Positions 8,286 to 18,224 are shown, counted from the first letter of the stretch. The stretch is DNA of 64,000 nucleotides from Gemmatimonadota bacterium (GCA_009838975.1 VXQO01000143.1:8764-72763); one strand, 5' to 3'. Notes: generated by a model from the sequence alone, not told the origin. Numbers and translations are program-made.

Positions 8286-10006
8286 ACCATCCAGGCCGAT
8301 TCACCCCGCTGACCCCGTTCGCGGCGCTCGCGACGCTCGCCCTTGCGGCCTGCGGCCCGGCGCCCGACACCCCCACGCCCCGCGGCATGGTAACCGGCAC
8401 CACCGGCGCGCAGGCCATCGAAGGCGGCGTGGAGATCCTGAAGGCCGGAGGCAGCGCCGCGGACGCCGCCATGTCCACCGCGCTCACCCAGATCTGCATG
8501 GCCGTCGGCTCGTGGGTCAGCTACGCCGGCCTCATGACCATGGTCTACTACGACGCCGAGAGCGGCGAGGTCCACAACATGAACGCGGCCTACAACACCG
8601 TGGCCGCCGAGACCGACCCCCTGACCATTCCCGGAATCGACCTCAGCGCCGGATTCGGGGGCTTCGAGGCCGAGCCGAACGGCCGCACGGTCCTTGTCCC
8701 CGGGTTCATGAAGGGTGTGGAGGCCGCCAACGAACGCTTCGGCAAGCTCCCTTTCCGGGACCTGTTCGCGCCCGCCATCGTCTGCGCCGAGGACGGATTC
8801 GAGTATCAGGAGGGCAACGCGGCGCAGTACGCCTACAGGGAACAAGTGTTGAGCCGTCTACCCGAGACGAAGGCGGTCTTTACGAAGGCGGACGGATCGC
8901 CCTATCAGGCGGGCGACATGTTCACCCAGCCCGCGCTGGCCCGCACGCTGCGCATGGTGGCCGAACAGGGCACGGACTACATGTACCGGGGTCCCTGGGC
9001 CGAGAAACTCGTCGAGCTGGTCGGCGACATCGGCGGCCGGATGACCGCCGAGGACCTCGCCAGCTACGAAGTCGTCTGGAGCGAGCCCGCCCGCGGCAGC
9101 TATCACGGCTATGACCTGTACGCCCACGGCAGCCCGGCGGAAGGCGGCATCGGCCTGATCGAGGCCATGAACCTGGCGGAGCTGGCTGGCGTGTCCGAAT
9201 ACGGCCACTACGGCGAATCGCCCGAGGCACTCTTCTGGCTGACCCAGATCTCGCGGCCGGGCCTCACCTTCGCGATCGGCGGCAAGGAAGCGGCGGACGG
9301 AATCGCGGCGATGATCGGTGCAGACCTCACCCACGAGACCCGCGTCCAGAAGGAGACCTCGGCGAAGCTCTGGGGCGCCATCCAGGACGGATCCTTCCCC
9401 GGCGTGGTCGTCCCCGAGGGCGCCGCCGCACCGCACTCCGATGCGGTGGTTGCCATAGACCAGTGGGGCAACATCGCCGCGGTCGTGCACTCCATCAACA
9501 CGGTGAGCTGGGGCACCACCGGCATCTTCGTGGACGGCATCTCAATCCCCGATTCGGGCATCTTCCAGCAGGGCATGATGGCCCAGATCGAGCCCGGCAG
9601 CCGCCTTCCCGACCCCACCAACCCGGGCCTGGTCCTCAGGGACGGCAAGCCGTTCATGGGATTCAGCTCGATCGGCTCGGGACTGCACCAGCGCACCATC
9701 GGCGGGCTGATCAGCGTGCTCGACTTCGGGCTCACCCCGAGCGAGGCGGTGGACAAACCCGCGCTGGGCTCGTTCTCGTTCAGTGCGCTGGCGGAGGACG
9801 GATCGGGGCCTGCCGCGCAGGGAGTGGGGATTGGCGACTACCCGGCCGAGTTCATCGCCGAGGTCGAGGCGATGGGCCAGCCGATCGACGAAGACGACGC
9901 CACACGCGGCTACTGGATCGCGATCATGATCGACCCGCAGACAGCGGAGCTGCACGGGGCGTCGATCCGCGGGCTTGCGCTGGGAGGCCGGGCAGTCGGG
10001 TATTGA
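8282..10006 (+). CDS. Gamma-glutamyltranspeptidase-family Ntn hydrolase, lipoprotein
   Basis: ATG overlaps the susD-like stop (ATGA at 8282-8285). Lipobox LATLALAAC. GGT N-terminal pattern GAQAIEGGVEILKAGGSAADAAMSTAL, and processing-site region HSDAVVAIDQWGNIAAVVHSINT. Confidence 0.8.
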   Translation: MNHPGRFTPLTPFAALATLALAACGPAPDTPTPRGMVTGTTGAQAIEGGVEILKAGGSAADAAMSTALTQICMAVGSWVSYAGLMTMVYYDAESGEVHNMNAAYNTVAAETDPLTIPGIDLSAGFGGFEAEPNGRTVLVPGFMKGVEAANERFGKLPFRDLFAPAIVCAEDGFEYQEGNAAQYAYREQVLSRLPETKAVFTKADGSPYQAGDMFTQPALARTLRMVAEQGTDYMYRGPWAEKLVELVGDIGGRMTAEDLASYEVVWSEPARGSYHGYDLYAHGSPAEGGIGLIEAMNLAELAGVSEYGHYGESPEALFWLTQISRPGLTFAIGGKEAADGIAAMIGADLTHETRVQKETSAKLWGAIQDGSFPGVVVPEGAAAPHSDAVVAIDQWGNIAAVVHSINTVSWGTTGIFVDGISIPDSGIFQQGMMAQIEPGSRLPDPTNPGLVLRDGKPFMGFSSIGSGLHQRTIGGLISVLDFGLTPSEAVDKPALGSFSFSALAEDGSGPAAQGVGIGDYPAEFIAEVEAMGQPIDEDDATRGYWIAIMIDPQTAELHGASIRGLALGGRAVGY

Positions 10007-10043
10007 GGAGCACTGGACCAGCCACCGGATACTAGGAGTCAGT

Positions 10044-10970
10044 ATGAACAGGCGACGCTTCGTAGGAACGGCCACGGCCACCGCCACGGCACCCCTGCTG
10101 GCCTGCCGCGGCACGGAGGACGGGGGCGAGGCACAGGCCCCTGTCCCGCAAAGGCGCCCCTTCGAGATCTACGAGACCGAGACCTTCGTCATGAACTCGG
10201 CCAGCGTCGGTGACGATTTCCTCATCGCGGTCAGCCTGCCGGCGAGCTACGGAACCGGCGAGCGGTCATACAGGCTGGTGTACGTCCTGGACGCCAACAT
10301 CTCATTCGGCATGACGGTCGAGATCGCCCGCCTCTTTCAGGTGGACCTTATTCGTCCCGGGATGCCCGAGATGGTCCTCGTCGGGATCGGCTACCCCGAG
10401 CCCCCGATGGCCGGAATCCTGCGGGCGCGCGACCTCACCCCGGCAGGCTCGCTCTCCGACGACATCGTCGAGGCCCTGCAGTCGGCAGAGGTGTACGAGG
10501 GTCACGGCGGGGCGGCCGAGTTCCTCCGCTTCATCGAAGACGAACTGCACCCTCGCATCGTCGGGGACTACCGGGTCGAGACCGAGGGCACGGGCTTCCT
10601 GGGAGACTCCTTCGGCGGCCTGTTCACGGCGTATGCCTTCCAGCAGCGATCACCCATCTTCGACCGCTACTGGATGGGCAGTCCCGGACTCCTCCCGGCC
10701 GACGAGCTTCTCGAGGGGCTCCCCGCCGCGATCGCGCAGGGGTTCGAGCGCGACACCCGTGTTTTCGTCACCATGGGCGAACTGGAGGAAACGGGTGCGG
10801 TGGGGATCTACAACGATCTCGCGGTGGGGACGCGGCGCCTCCTCGACATCTTCGAGGCAAACCCGGCCGAGAACCTGACCGTGACGTCCAGGGTGTACCC
10901 CGACGCCACGCACATCACGACGGTCCCCCCCGCGCTGACGGACGCGTTCACGGCGCTGTTCATGGGCTGA
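10044..10970 (+). CDS. Alpha/beta hydrolase of the putative-esterase (IroE/BesA-like) family, Tat/lipoprotein-type signal
   Basis: AGGAG SD at 10034-10038. N-terminus MNRRRFVGTATATATAPLLAC. Motifs VYVLDAN...VLVGIGYP...RDLTP...GGAAEFLRFIEDEL and nucleophile elbow GDSFGG. Confidence 0.7.
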   Translation: MNRRRFVGTATATATAPLLACRGTEDGGEAQAPVPQRRPFEIYETETFVMNSASVGDDFLIAVSLPASYGTGERSYRLVYVLDANISFGMTVEIARLFQVDLIRPGMPEMVLVGIGYPEPPMAGILRARDLTPAGSLSDDIVEALQSAEVYEGHGGAAEFLRFIEDELHPRIVGDYRVETEGTGFLGDSFGGLFTAYAFQQRSPIFDRYWMGSPGLLPADELLEGLPAAIAQGFERDTRVFVTMGELEETGAVGIYNDLAVGTRRLLDIFEANPAENLTVTSRVYPDATHITTVPPALTDAFTALFMG

Positions 10971-11045
10971 GGGGCTGCCGAAACCGCCCCCGCCCGGCGG
11001 CACCGTAGCGATCCCGGGGCTGGCAAACCGGGCGTTGGTTCACAT

Positions 11046-11060
11046 TGCGTAAATTACGCA
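11046..11060. promoter_or_regulatory. Perfect 15-bp palindrome TGCGTAA-A-TTACGCA directly upstream of the antitoxin gene (candidate autoregulatory operator)
   Basis: Read directly from the sequence. It is an AT-rich island in GC-rich DNA, 5-20 nt before the candidate antitoxin starts (11065 or 11080). Confidence 0.45.
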
Positions 11061-11064
11061 TGTT

Positions 11065-11382
11065 ATGTATTCTTCAGACATGTCCAAGCCGTCGAGTGCT
11101 TCCGGGGCCCGCGCAGTCAGCGCCACGTACGCTGCCAGGAACTTCGCGTCGCTGGTCAACCGGGTTCGGGAGGAGCGGACTGCCTACCTCGTCGAGCGCA
11201 ACGGAAAACCGGTGGCCGAGATTCGCCCCGTGGAAGACCGCGTCGTCACCGTGCGTGAGTTCGTCGCGCTCTTCCCCGCTGAAGCTCGCCGGCCTGCCGA
11301 CGAGGAGTACCTGCGGGCCGTGGAGGAGGGGATCGCCTTCCTCAACCGGGCTGAGATTCCGGCGAGTCCGTGGGACTCCTGA
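11065..11382 (+). CDS. vapB: Type II antitoxin (Phd/YefM-like) of VapBC module
   Basis: ARNFASLVNRVREERTAYLVERNGKPVAEIRPV resembles the Phd/YefM N-domain. The stop overlaps the downstream PIN gene start. Alternative start ATG at 11080. Confidence 0.7.
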   Translation: MYSSDMSKPSSASGARAVSATYAARNFASLVNRVREERTAYLVERNGKPVAEIRPVEDRVVTVREFVALFPAEARRPADEEYLRAVEEGIAFLNRAEIPASPWDS

Positions 11383-11771
11383 TCGACTCGAGCGTGCTGA
11401 TCGCGGTGGAGCGCGGCCAGCTCCGGGCGGATGACGTCGCGGGGGCAGCCCGCCCAAACGAGCCCATGGCGATTGCGGCAATCACCGCTTCCGAACTGCT
11501 CCACGGCGTTCACCGGCTGGGGGGGGCGCGGCGGATCCGGGCCGAGCGGATCGTCACGCGATGGCTCGCAACTCTTCCGGTCATCCCCTTCGACCTGGAG
11601 GTGGCGAAGGTCCACGCGACCCTGGCGTCCCAGCACAGGCGCCGCGGGAGACCGGTCGGAAGCCACGACCTGATGATCGCGGCGACGGCGGTGCACCTGG
11701 ACTACCGGGTGGCCACGCGCGACCGCCGCAGCTTCGCACGGGTCGACGGGTTGGCGGTGGAGTACTTGTAG
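11370..11771 (+). CDS. vapC: PIN-domain toxin VapC
   Basis: GTG start overlaps the antitoxin 3' end. GLLIDSSVLIAVERG (first acidic PIN residue) and SHDLMIAATAVHLDYRVATRD (C-terminal PIN motif). Confidence 0.85.
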   Translation: MGLLIDSSVLIAVERGQLRADDVAGAARPNEPMAIAAITASELLHGVHRLGGARRIRAERIVTRWLATLPVIPFDLEVAKVHATLASQHRRRGRPVGSHDLMIAATAVHLDYRVATRDRRSFARVDGLAVEYL

Positions 11772-11777
11772 ACCGCT

Positions 11778-13607
11778 TCACAAGCGCGCTTTTCGTGCCG
11801 CTTTCCGCCGCCTGCTTGCGTCCAGCTCGCGCTTCCGGAGTCGGATCGCGTCCGGCGTGATCTCGATCAGTTCGTCGTCGTCGATGAAGTCGAGCGCCTG
11901 TTCCAGCGTCATGCGGAGCGGCGGCTCGAGACGCACGTTCTCGTCGGCGGCGGCCGCGCGCATGTTGGTGAGCTTCTTGGTGCGGCCGATGTTCACGTCC
12001 ATGTCGCCGGGGCGGGCGCACTTGCCCACGATCATGCCGCCGTAGCAGTCCAGCCCGGGCTCCACGAACATCGTGCCCCGCTCCTGCAACCCGAAGATGG
12101 CGAAGCTCACCGCCTTGCCCGGCCGGTCCGCGACCATTGCACCGCGGCCGCGCCCGCGGATCTCGCCCGCCCATGCATCCCACCGGTCGAAGCGGTGGTG
12201 CAGGATGCCCTCGCCCCTGGTGTCGGTGAGGAACTCGGTGCGGTAGCCGAAGAGCCCCCGCGCGGGAACGCTGAACTCGAGGCGGGTCGTTCCCGCGTCG
12301 CCCACCGGCTTCATCGAGACCAGCTCGCCGCGCCTCCGGGCGAGCTTGTCGATCACCGTCCCCGAGAGGCCCGACGGGACCTCCGCCACGACTTCCTCGA
12401 AGGGTTCAAGACGCGTCCCGTCGCCCGTCTGACGCGTGATCACGCGTGGACGCGACACCTGGAACTCGTAGCCTTCGCGCCGCATCGTCTCCATCAGGAT
12501 CGTCAGGTGCAACTCCCCGCGGCCGCTCACCGCGAAGGTGTCGGGACGGGCCGTGGCTTCGACGCGCAGCGCCACGTTGCGTTCGAGTTCGCGCCGCAAC
12601 CGGTCGCGCAGCTGCCGAGTGGTCACGTACTTCCCGGACCGTCCCGAAAACGGTGAATCGTTCACCACGAAGTCCACCGAGATCGTCGGCTCCTCGACGG
12701 TAATCCCGCTCAGCCGCTCCGGATGGCGCGGATCCGCCAGCGTGTCGCCGATCTCGACGCCGTCGGTGCCGGCCAGGCCGATGATGTCGCCCGCCCGGGC
12801 CTTGTCAATGTCAACGCGATCCAGGCCGTTGAAGGTGTAGAGGCCGACCACGCGCGCTGCCTCCTGGGGGTCCGCGGTGGCAGCGGTGGCGGCCAGCCGC
12901 AACGCCCGCTGCCCCACCCTCACCGCTCCCCGCTCAACCCGCCCGATCGCGATCCGCCCCACGTACGACGAGTGGTCCAGCGTCGACACCAGCATCTGGA
13001 ACGGCCCCTCCGGGTCGACCGGCGGCGGCGGGATGTGCTCGACCACCGCCTCGAAGAGCGGCGTCAGGTCCTCCCCGCGCGCGCCGGGTTCCCCCGTGAC
13101 CCAGCCCTCCCGTCCCACCCCGTAGAGGAACGGCGCGTCGAGCTGCTCGTCGCTGGCCTCCAGGTCCATCAGCAGCTCCAGCACCTCGTCGTGCACCTCG
13201 TCCGGGCGCGCGTCCGAGCGGTCCACCTTGTTGATCACGATCACCGGCACCAGCCCGAGCGCCAGCGCCTTGCGCGTGACGAAGCGAGTCTGCGGCATCG
13301 GCCCCTCTGCGGCGTCTACGAGAAGCAGCACGCCGTCGACCATGCGCAGAATGCGCTCGACTTCGCCGCCGAAGTCCGCGTGGCCGGGCGTGTCGACGAT
13401 GTTGATCTTGGTGTGTCCCCACTCCACCGCCGTGTTCTTGGCCAGGATCGTGATTCCGCGCTCGCGTTCCAACGGATTCGAATCCAGCACCCTGTCCACC
13501 ACCTGCTGTCCCGCCCGAAAGACCCCGGCCTGCCGGAACATCTGGTCCACGAGCGTCGTCTTCCCGTGGTCCACGTGCGCGATGATCGCGATGTTGCGCA
13601 GCTGCAT
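11778..13607 (-). CDS. typA: Translational GTPase TypA/BipA
   Basis: [60 protein letters not shown]. Length ~609 aa from the ATG at 13607. The track ORF's upstream extension would overlap the neighbouring gene. Confidence 0.95.
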   Translation of the reverse strand: MQLRNIAIIAHVDHGKTTLVDQMFRQAGVFRAGQQVVDRVLDSNPLERERGITILAKNTAVEWGHTKINIVDTPGHADFGGEVERILRMVDGVLLLVDAAEGPMPQTRFVTRKALALGLVPVIVINKVDRSDARPDEVHDEVLELLMDLEASDEQLDAPFLYGVGREGWVTGEPGARGEDLTPLFEAVVEHIPPPPVDPEGPFQMLVSTLDHSSYVGRIAIGRVERGAVRVGQRALRLAATAATADPQEAARVVGLYTFNGLDRVDIDKARAGDIIGLAGTDGVEIGDTLADPRHPERLSGITVEEPTISVDFVVNDSPFSGRSGKYVTTRQLRDRLRRELERNVALRVEATARPDTFAVSGRGELHLTILMETMRREGYEFQVSRPRVITRQTGDGTRLEPFEEVVAEVPSGLSGTVIDKLARRRGELVSMKPVGDAGTTRLEFSVPARGLFGYRTEFLTDTRGEGILHHRFDRWDAWAGEIRGRGRGAMVADRPGKAVSFAIFGLQERGTMFVEPGLDCYGGMIVGKCARPGDMDVNIGRTKKLTNMRAAAADENVRLEPPLRMTLEQALDFIDDDELIEITPDAIRLRKRELDASRRRKAARKARL

Positions 13608-13638
13608 CAGTGGGTCGCCCGGCGTTGGCTGGGTTCGG

Positions 13639-14937
13639 TCACCGGCTCCCGCCGGCGTCGATCCTCGTAAAGGTGTAGGTGCCGATCGGCTCGTCCGAGA
13701 ACGGGCTAACCCCCCTGAGGCTCCTGATCGGCTGCCTGGGCGACGAATCCGCGTTCGCCGAGCGGTACGACGGGCCATCGTCCGTGCCGGAATCGTATGG
13801 ATAGAGCACGACCGCCACCTCGTCGAGCCACTGCCCGAACTCGTTCTGCAGCGATTGGCCCGCGACGCCCACGAACCAGTCCGGACTGGGGGCGATCATC
13901 GTAACGAGCGTGATGCGTGGGTGATCGAGTGTGACGAGAACTTCACTGATGGTGGTACTCGCGGGACTGCCGATTCCCCGCCCATTGACGACGGAGATGG
14001 CGTTGTTGGGTATCTCGGCCCGGATCTCGCGCGTAAGCAACCCGGTGCCTCCCGTCTCGGCCATCTGCTCGATGCCCGGGGAAGCGGTCGCACCGACAGC
14101 CCAGAAACTGACGCTGTCGTTGTGAACAGCGCCGATGAGGGGCGAGAAGTGGGGACCCGGCGGGAATTCGGTAGGGTGCGTTGTCGCACTCCACGTCGCG
14201 TTGAAGGTGACGCTGTAGCTCGCGGAGTCCGACGCGGGTTCGATCTCGCCTGCTCCCGCGTTGATTTCGGCAGTCACGCCATCGGCTGCGGACGCGGTCA
14301 GGGTCTGCACCCCGGACTCGCCGCCCAGCGTCCACGATGTCGCCGCCAGCCCTTCGGAATCGGTCACCACCATGTTCGGATCGGCCGCGCCATGGCCCTC
14401 GGCAGCCGAAAACGTCACCGTGACCCCCTCGACGGCCGAACCCCCGGCGTCGTCCACGCGTACTACGACCGGCTCGGCGAGCTGCCGGCCCGCCATCCCC
14501 TGCTGGCTGCCGCCCGAAATCACCGAAACCGCCGCCGGAGCCTGTCGGACCGTCACCGATGCCGTACCGCTGATGCTCTGGTACGACGCGGCCAACGTCC
14601 CCGAACCGTTCGCGACGGCGGTCACCACGCCCGAAGCCACGGTGAAGACCCCCATGTCGCTGCTCGACCACGTGACCGTCCCGGGGAACGAGACCCCGTT
14701 CTGATCGGTGATCTGCGCCCTGAACGTCCCGGTCTCGCCCAGGGAGGACAGCGTCGCCGAAGACGGCGTGACCGTGATCGCAGTGGGGCGCGACGGTTCG
14801 ATTTCGACGAGCGCCTCCTCGTCGACGCAGGCGGCAAACGCACCAAGAGCCGTAGCGAGGAGCCACGGCACCAGGTTGGATGCGGGTCCAGGGAGTCGCT
14901 TGCGAACAGGACAAGCGGATAATCGATATTGCTTCAT
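13639..14937 (-). CDS. Lipoprotein with Ig-like (Big_2 / invasin-type) repeats fused to a spondin_N-like C-terminal domain
   Basis: Lipobox [35 protein letters not shown]...[15 protein letters not shown] (Big_2). C-terminus has [11 protein letters not shown]...[10 protein letters not shown]...[10 protein letters not shown], as in the spondin N-terminal domain. Confidence 0.7.
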   Translation of the reverse strand: MKQYRLSACPVRKRLPGPASNLVPWLLATALGAFAACVDEEALVEIEPSRPTAITVTPSSATLSSLGETGTFRAQITDQNGVSFPGTVTWSSSDMGVFTVASGVVTAVANGSGTLAASYQSISGTASVTVRQAPAAVSVISGGSQQGMAGRQLAEPVVVRVDDAGGSAVEGVTVTFSAAEGHGAADPNMVVTDSEGLAATSWTLGGESGVQTLTASAADGVTAEINAGAGEIEPASDSASYSVTFNATWSATTHPTEFPPGPHFSPLIGAVHNDSVSFWAVGATASPGIEQMAETGGTGLLTREIRAEIPNNAISVVNGRGIGSPASTTISEVLVTLDHPRITLVTMIAPSPDWFVGVAGQSLQNEFGQWLDEVAVVLYPYDSGTDDGPSYRSANADSSPRQPIRSLRGVSPFSDEPIGTYTFTRIDAGGSR

Positions 14938-15066
14938 GCTAACTTCACATCGGGTCTTTCAGGTCCGGTGCCGGCATCGCGCACACTGCGAAAGCTAGCG
15001 CGAACCGCGTCACGGCGGCATATACCCACCACGCCCACGTCACCACCCACGCAAACGACCCCACTC

Positions 15067-17208
15067 ATGCGCCTAGCCCTCTCCGGTCCCGCCAGATCCC
15101 TCACCGCCCTCGCGTCCGTGCTGACGCTCGTCGCGGTCCTCGCCCCCACGCCCCTTCAGGAACCCGCCCTGACCGGCTTCACCGGCGACCGCGCCGAAGC
15201 GCAACTGGCCTGCGAGGCCCGCTTCCTCGAACTGCCGCGCAGCGAGTCCTTCCGCGAGCATCTCCGCACGATCACCGCGGAGCCCCACCCGGCAGGGTCC
15301 GCCGCACAGGCCCGCGTCGGAGAGTACATCGCGGGCGCCATGGAGCGCGCGGGCCTGGAGGTCACCAGTCATCCCTACGACGTGTACCTCCCCGAGCTCA
15401 CCGACGACGTCGAGGTGCACATCGTCACACCCGTCGCGATGCAGCTGTCCAACCGCGAGCCCGCGCACGCCGAGGACCGCTTCTCCGGCCACCCCGACCT
15501 GCTCAACGGCTGGAACGCCTTCTCCGGCTCGGGCGACGTGACCGGCGAAGTCGTCTACGCCAACTTCGGGCGCCGCGAGGACTACCTGGCGCTCGACTCG
15601 ATGGGCATCTCTGTGACCGGCAAGGTCGTGATCGCCCGCTACGGCGGGAACTTCCGCGGCTACAAGGTCAAGTTCGCCGAAGAGCGCGGCGCGGCTGGCG
15701 TGGTCATGTTCAACGACCCCGGATTCTCGCAACTCGACGCCTACCCGGAAGGCCCGATGATGAACGGGCAGACGATCCAGCGGGGCTCCGTCCTCACCCT
15801 CCCTTGGACCGGCGACCCGCTCACTCCGTTCGTCCCCGCCCTGCCCGTCGACGGGGACATACAGGTCGAGCGCCTCGATCCGTCCGAAGTCCCCCTCCAC
15901 ACCATCCCCGTGCTGCCCATCGGGTACGAGGCGGCGAGCGAGATCCTGTCGCGCATGACCGGCAGCGAAGTTCCGCCCGGATGGGACACGGGGATGGAGC
16001 TGGACCACCGGCTGACCGGCGGCCCGAACCTAACCGTGCGAGTACGCGTCAACCAGCCCAAGAAGCTCACGCGCGCGATCAACGTCGTCGGCACCCTGCG
16101 CGGGACCGAGTTCCCCGGCGAGTGGTTCATCCTGGGCGCGCACTACGACCCCTGGGGATTCGGCGCGATCGACCCCAACGGCGGCACGGCCATGCTCCTC
16201 ACGCTCGCCGAAGCACTGGGCGAACTCGCGCAGGACGGCGAGTGCGCTCCCCGCCGCTCGATCATGATCGCCCACTGGGACGCCGAGGAGTACGGGATCA
16301 TCGGGTCCACCGAGTGGGTTGAGGAGTTCCGCGACGAGCTGGAAGCCAACGCAATTGCGTACATCAACGCCGACGCGGCGGTCTCAGGGGCCAACTTCGG
16401 GGGGTCGTCGTCCCCGTCGCTCAAACGGCAGATTCTCGAGGCGACCAGGGCGGTCACCTACCCCGAGACCGGCGAGCCGCTCTACGACTGGTGGTTCGAA
16501 CGGGCACCCGCCGGTGCCGACGAGCCCGCGCTCGGCAATCTCGGCGGCGGGTCGGACCACGTCGCCTTCTACACCCATGCCGGCGTGCCCTCGGCGGGCC
16601 TTTCCTCCGGCAATCCCAGCGGCGTCTACCATTCCAACTACGACAACTTCGCCTGGTTCGAGCGCTTCGGAGACAGCACGTTCGTCTACGGGCCGATGGT
16701 CGCCCGCGTTGACGGGATCCTTGCGCTGCGCTTCGCCAACGCCGACGTGCTGCCCTATGACGCGGCACGCTACGCCACCGACACCCGCACGCACGTGGAG
16801 ACCCTGTACCGCGTCGCCGATTCGCGCCGACTGGAAGTGGACCTCTCGGCCCTGGTCGAGGCGAGCCGCGAACTGGACGAGGCAGCCGCCGAACTCGTGG
16901 CGGCCCGCGACCGCTGGATCCGGTCCGGAGACATCGACGCGGCAACCGCCGAAGCCGTGAACCGGGCACTGATCGGCCTGGAGAAGGCCTGGCTGAACGA
17001 CCGCGGGCTGCAGGGACGTCCGTGGAGCCGCTCGATCTACGTGTCACCGGATCCGTTCAGCGGCTACGCGTCGTGGATGCTGCCGGGGCTGCGCTACGAA
17101 ATCGAGACCGACGACCGCGCCGACCTGCCGGGCTGGGAGCGCGTGTATGTGAACGCGATCGGTGACCTGGCGGAGCGGATGAGGACGGTGGCGGCGATGA
17201 TGCGGTAG
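15067..17208 (+). CDS. M28-family peptidase, glutamate carboxypeptidase II / NAALADase-like, with PA and TfR-type dimerisation domains
   Basis: Signal MRLALSGPARSLTALASVLTLVAVLA. PA-domain region GKVVIARYGGNFRGYKVKFAEERGAAGVVMF. Metal-site GAHYDPWGFGAIDPNGGTAMLL and HWDAEEYGIIGSTEW. C-terminal helical dimerisation region. Confidence 0.85.
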   Translation: MRLALSGPARSLTALASVLTLVAVLAPTPLQEPALTGFTGDRAEAQLACEARFLELPRSESFREHLRTITAEPHPAGSAAQARVGEYIAGAMERAGLEVTSHPYDVYLPELTDDVEVHIVTPVAMQLSNREPAHAEDRFSGHPDLLNGWNAFSGSGDVTGEVVYANFGRREDYLALDSMGISVTGKVVIARYGGNFRGYKVKFAEERGAAGVVMFNDPGFSQLDAYPEGPMMNGQTIQRGSVLTLPWTGDPLTPFVPALPVDGDIQVERLDPSEVPLHTIPVLPIGYEAASEILSRMTGSEVPPGWDTGMELDHRLTGGPNLTVRVRVNQPKKLTRAINVVGTLRGTEFPGEWFILGAHYDPWGFGAIDPNGGTAMLLTLAEALGELAQDGECAPRRSIMIAHWDAEEYGIIGSTEWVEEFRDELEANAIAYINADAAVSGANFGGSSSPSLKRQILEATRAVTYPETGEPLYDWWFERAPAGADEPALGNLGGGSDHVAFYTHAGVPSAGLSSGNPSGVYHSNYDNFAWFERFGDSTFVYGPMVARVDGILALRFANADVLPYDAARYATDTRTHVETLYRVADSRRLEVDLSALVEASRELDEAAAELVAARDRWIRSGDIDAATAEAVNRALIGLEKAWLNDRGLQGRPWSRSIYVSPDPFSGYASWMLPGLRYEIETDDRADLPGWERVYVNAIGDLAERMRTVAAMMR

Positions 17209-17217
17209 GGCGGAATC

Positions 17218-17625
17218 TCAGCCGACCTGCGGATACACCAACTTCACCACGCGGCGCGCTCTCTCCCGGGCCGCCGAGGCGTCCGTCCCCGAATAGAAGT
17301 CCGTTGGGGTCAGATCCTCCGCGCCGTAGAATGCGAGTTCACGATCCCGGCGCAGTTGACGCGATACATCGGCCAGCCAGTCGACGTCGCACTGAAGACC
17401 TGTAGGCAAGCGGTGCTTCTCCGCCAGCAGAATCGGCGAAACATCGTGAATCCGGGGCGGCTCGACACCACAGGAGCGCAGCAGCCCCTTCAGGGCCAAC
17501 TCGACGACCTCCTGGGACTCCCGCACCACGTCCGCCCAGCTTTCGGCGTCGAAGAGCACGTCCAGTGCGTCCAGCCGGATCCTCGCCCGCCGCAGGTAAT
17601 CGCGGGCGAGTGCTCTGTTCCTCAC
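17218..17625 (-). CDS. HEPN-domain toxin of a HEPN/MNT module
   Basis: GTG start at 17625 overlaps the MNT stop (GTGA). ARDYLRRARIRLDALDVLF...WADVVRESQEVVELALKGLL...PRIHDV...LRRDRELAFYG matches the HEPN (PF05168-type) pattern. The track ORF extends further upstream in frame. Confidence 0.75.
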   Translation of the reverse strand: MRNRALARDYLRRARIRLDALDVLFDAESWADVVRESQEVVELALKGLLRSCGVEPPRIHDVSPILLAEKHRLPTGLQCDVDWLADVSRQLRRDRELAFYGAEDLTPTDFYSGTDASAARERARRVVKLVYPQVG

Positions 17626-18224
17626 GGCTCGTGAACCCAATAGGGGTGTCCGTCGGCGACCCGGTACGAGAGCTCGCCACGGAGAACGCGCCGCCGAACA
17701 TGGGCCAGATACCTTGACACCGTGAGTTCGCGTTCGAACAGCACCAGACCGTCGAGGGCCACCTCGGCCCATAGCCCCGAAACTCCTTCGGAACCCGACG
17801 GTAGATGAACGAAGTGCGGCGTGACCTCGTGACCGTCCCAGGCAAGCGCCGATCCGTCGTCCCAGCTTCGATAGAGCCCACGGGCGATCGATACCTCCTC
17901 GCCGACAACCAACAGCACGTCGAGGTCCGAACTCGCGGATTCATCCCCGCGCGCCCACGAGCCGAAGGCGACGACACCCATCAGGGATTCGCCCAGAATC
18001 GAGCCCGCGCGATCCACGACCACGCCGGCGGCCGGGTCCAAGAGGCCAGCGGGCGACGCCAGCTTACGGGCACAGAGGTCGTTCAGCGAAGTACCGGCCG
18101 CCCGGGCCGCGTCGCGCAAGGATGCGTGCAACGCCGGTTCGATCCGGAGGTTGAACCGGCCCGAGGGGAGGGACCGCTTTTCGTTGGTATCAAGCTGTCG
18201 TCGCATATAGTACCATAACATCAT
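17622..18224 (-). CDS. Minimal nucleotidyltransferase (MNT) antitoxin with N-terminal HicB/RHH-like DNA-binding segment
   Basis: RFNLRIEPALHASLRDAARAAGTSLNDLCARKL (HicB-type RHH) is followed by the NTase motif FGSWARGDESASSDLDVLLVV. Alternative start ATG at 18206. Confidence 0.8.
   Translation of the reverse strand: MMLWYYMRRQLDTNEKRSLPSGRFNLRIEPALHASLRDAARAAGTSLNDLCARKLASPAGLLDPAAGVVVDRAGSILGESLMGVVAFGSWARGDESASSDLDVLLVVGEEVSIARGLYRSWDDGSALAWDGHEVTPHFVHLPSGSEGVSGLWAEVALDGLVLFERELTVSRYLAHVRRRVLRGELSYRVADGHPYWVHEP

Noticed and set aside
13608-13778. N-terminal extension of the typA ORF ([10 protein letters not shown]...)
   Set aside because: It would overlap the 3' end of the spondin_N-like gene. 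Conserved TypA begins at [17 protein letters not shown] (ATG at 13607).
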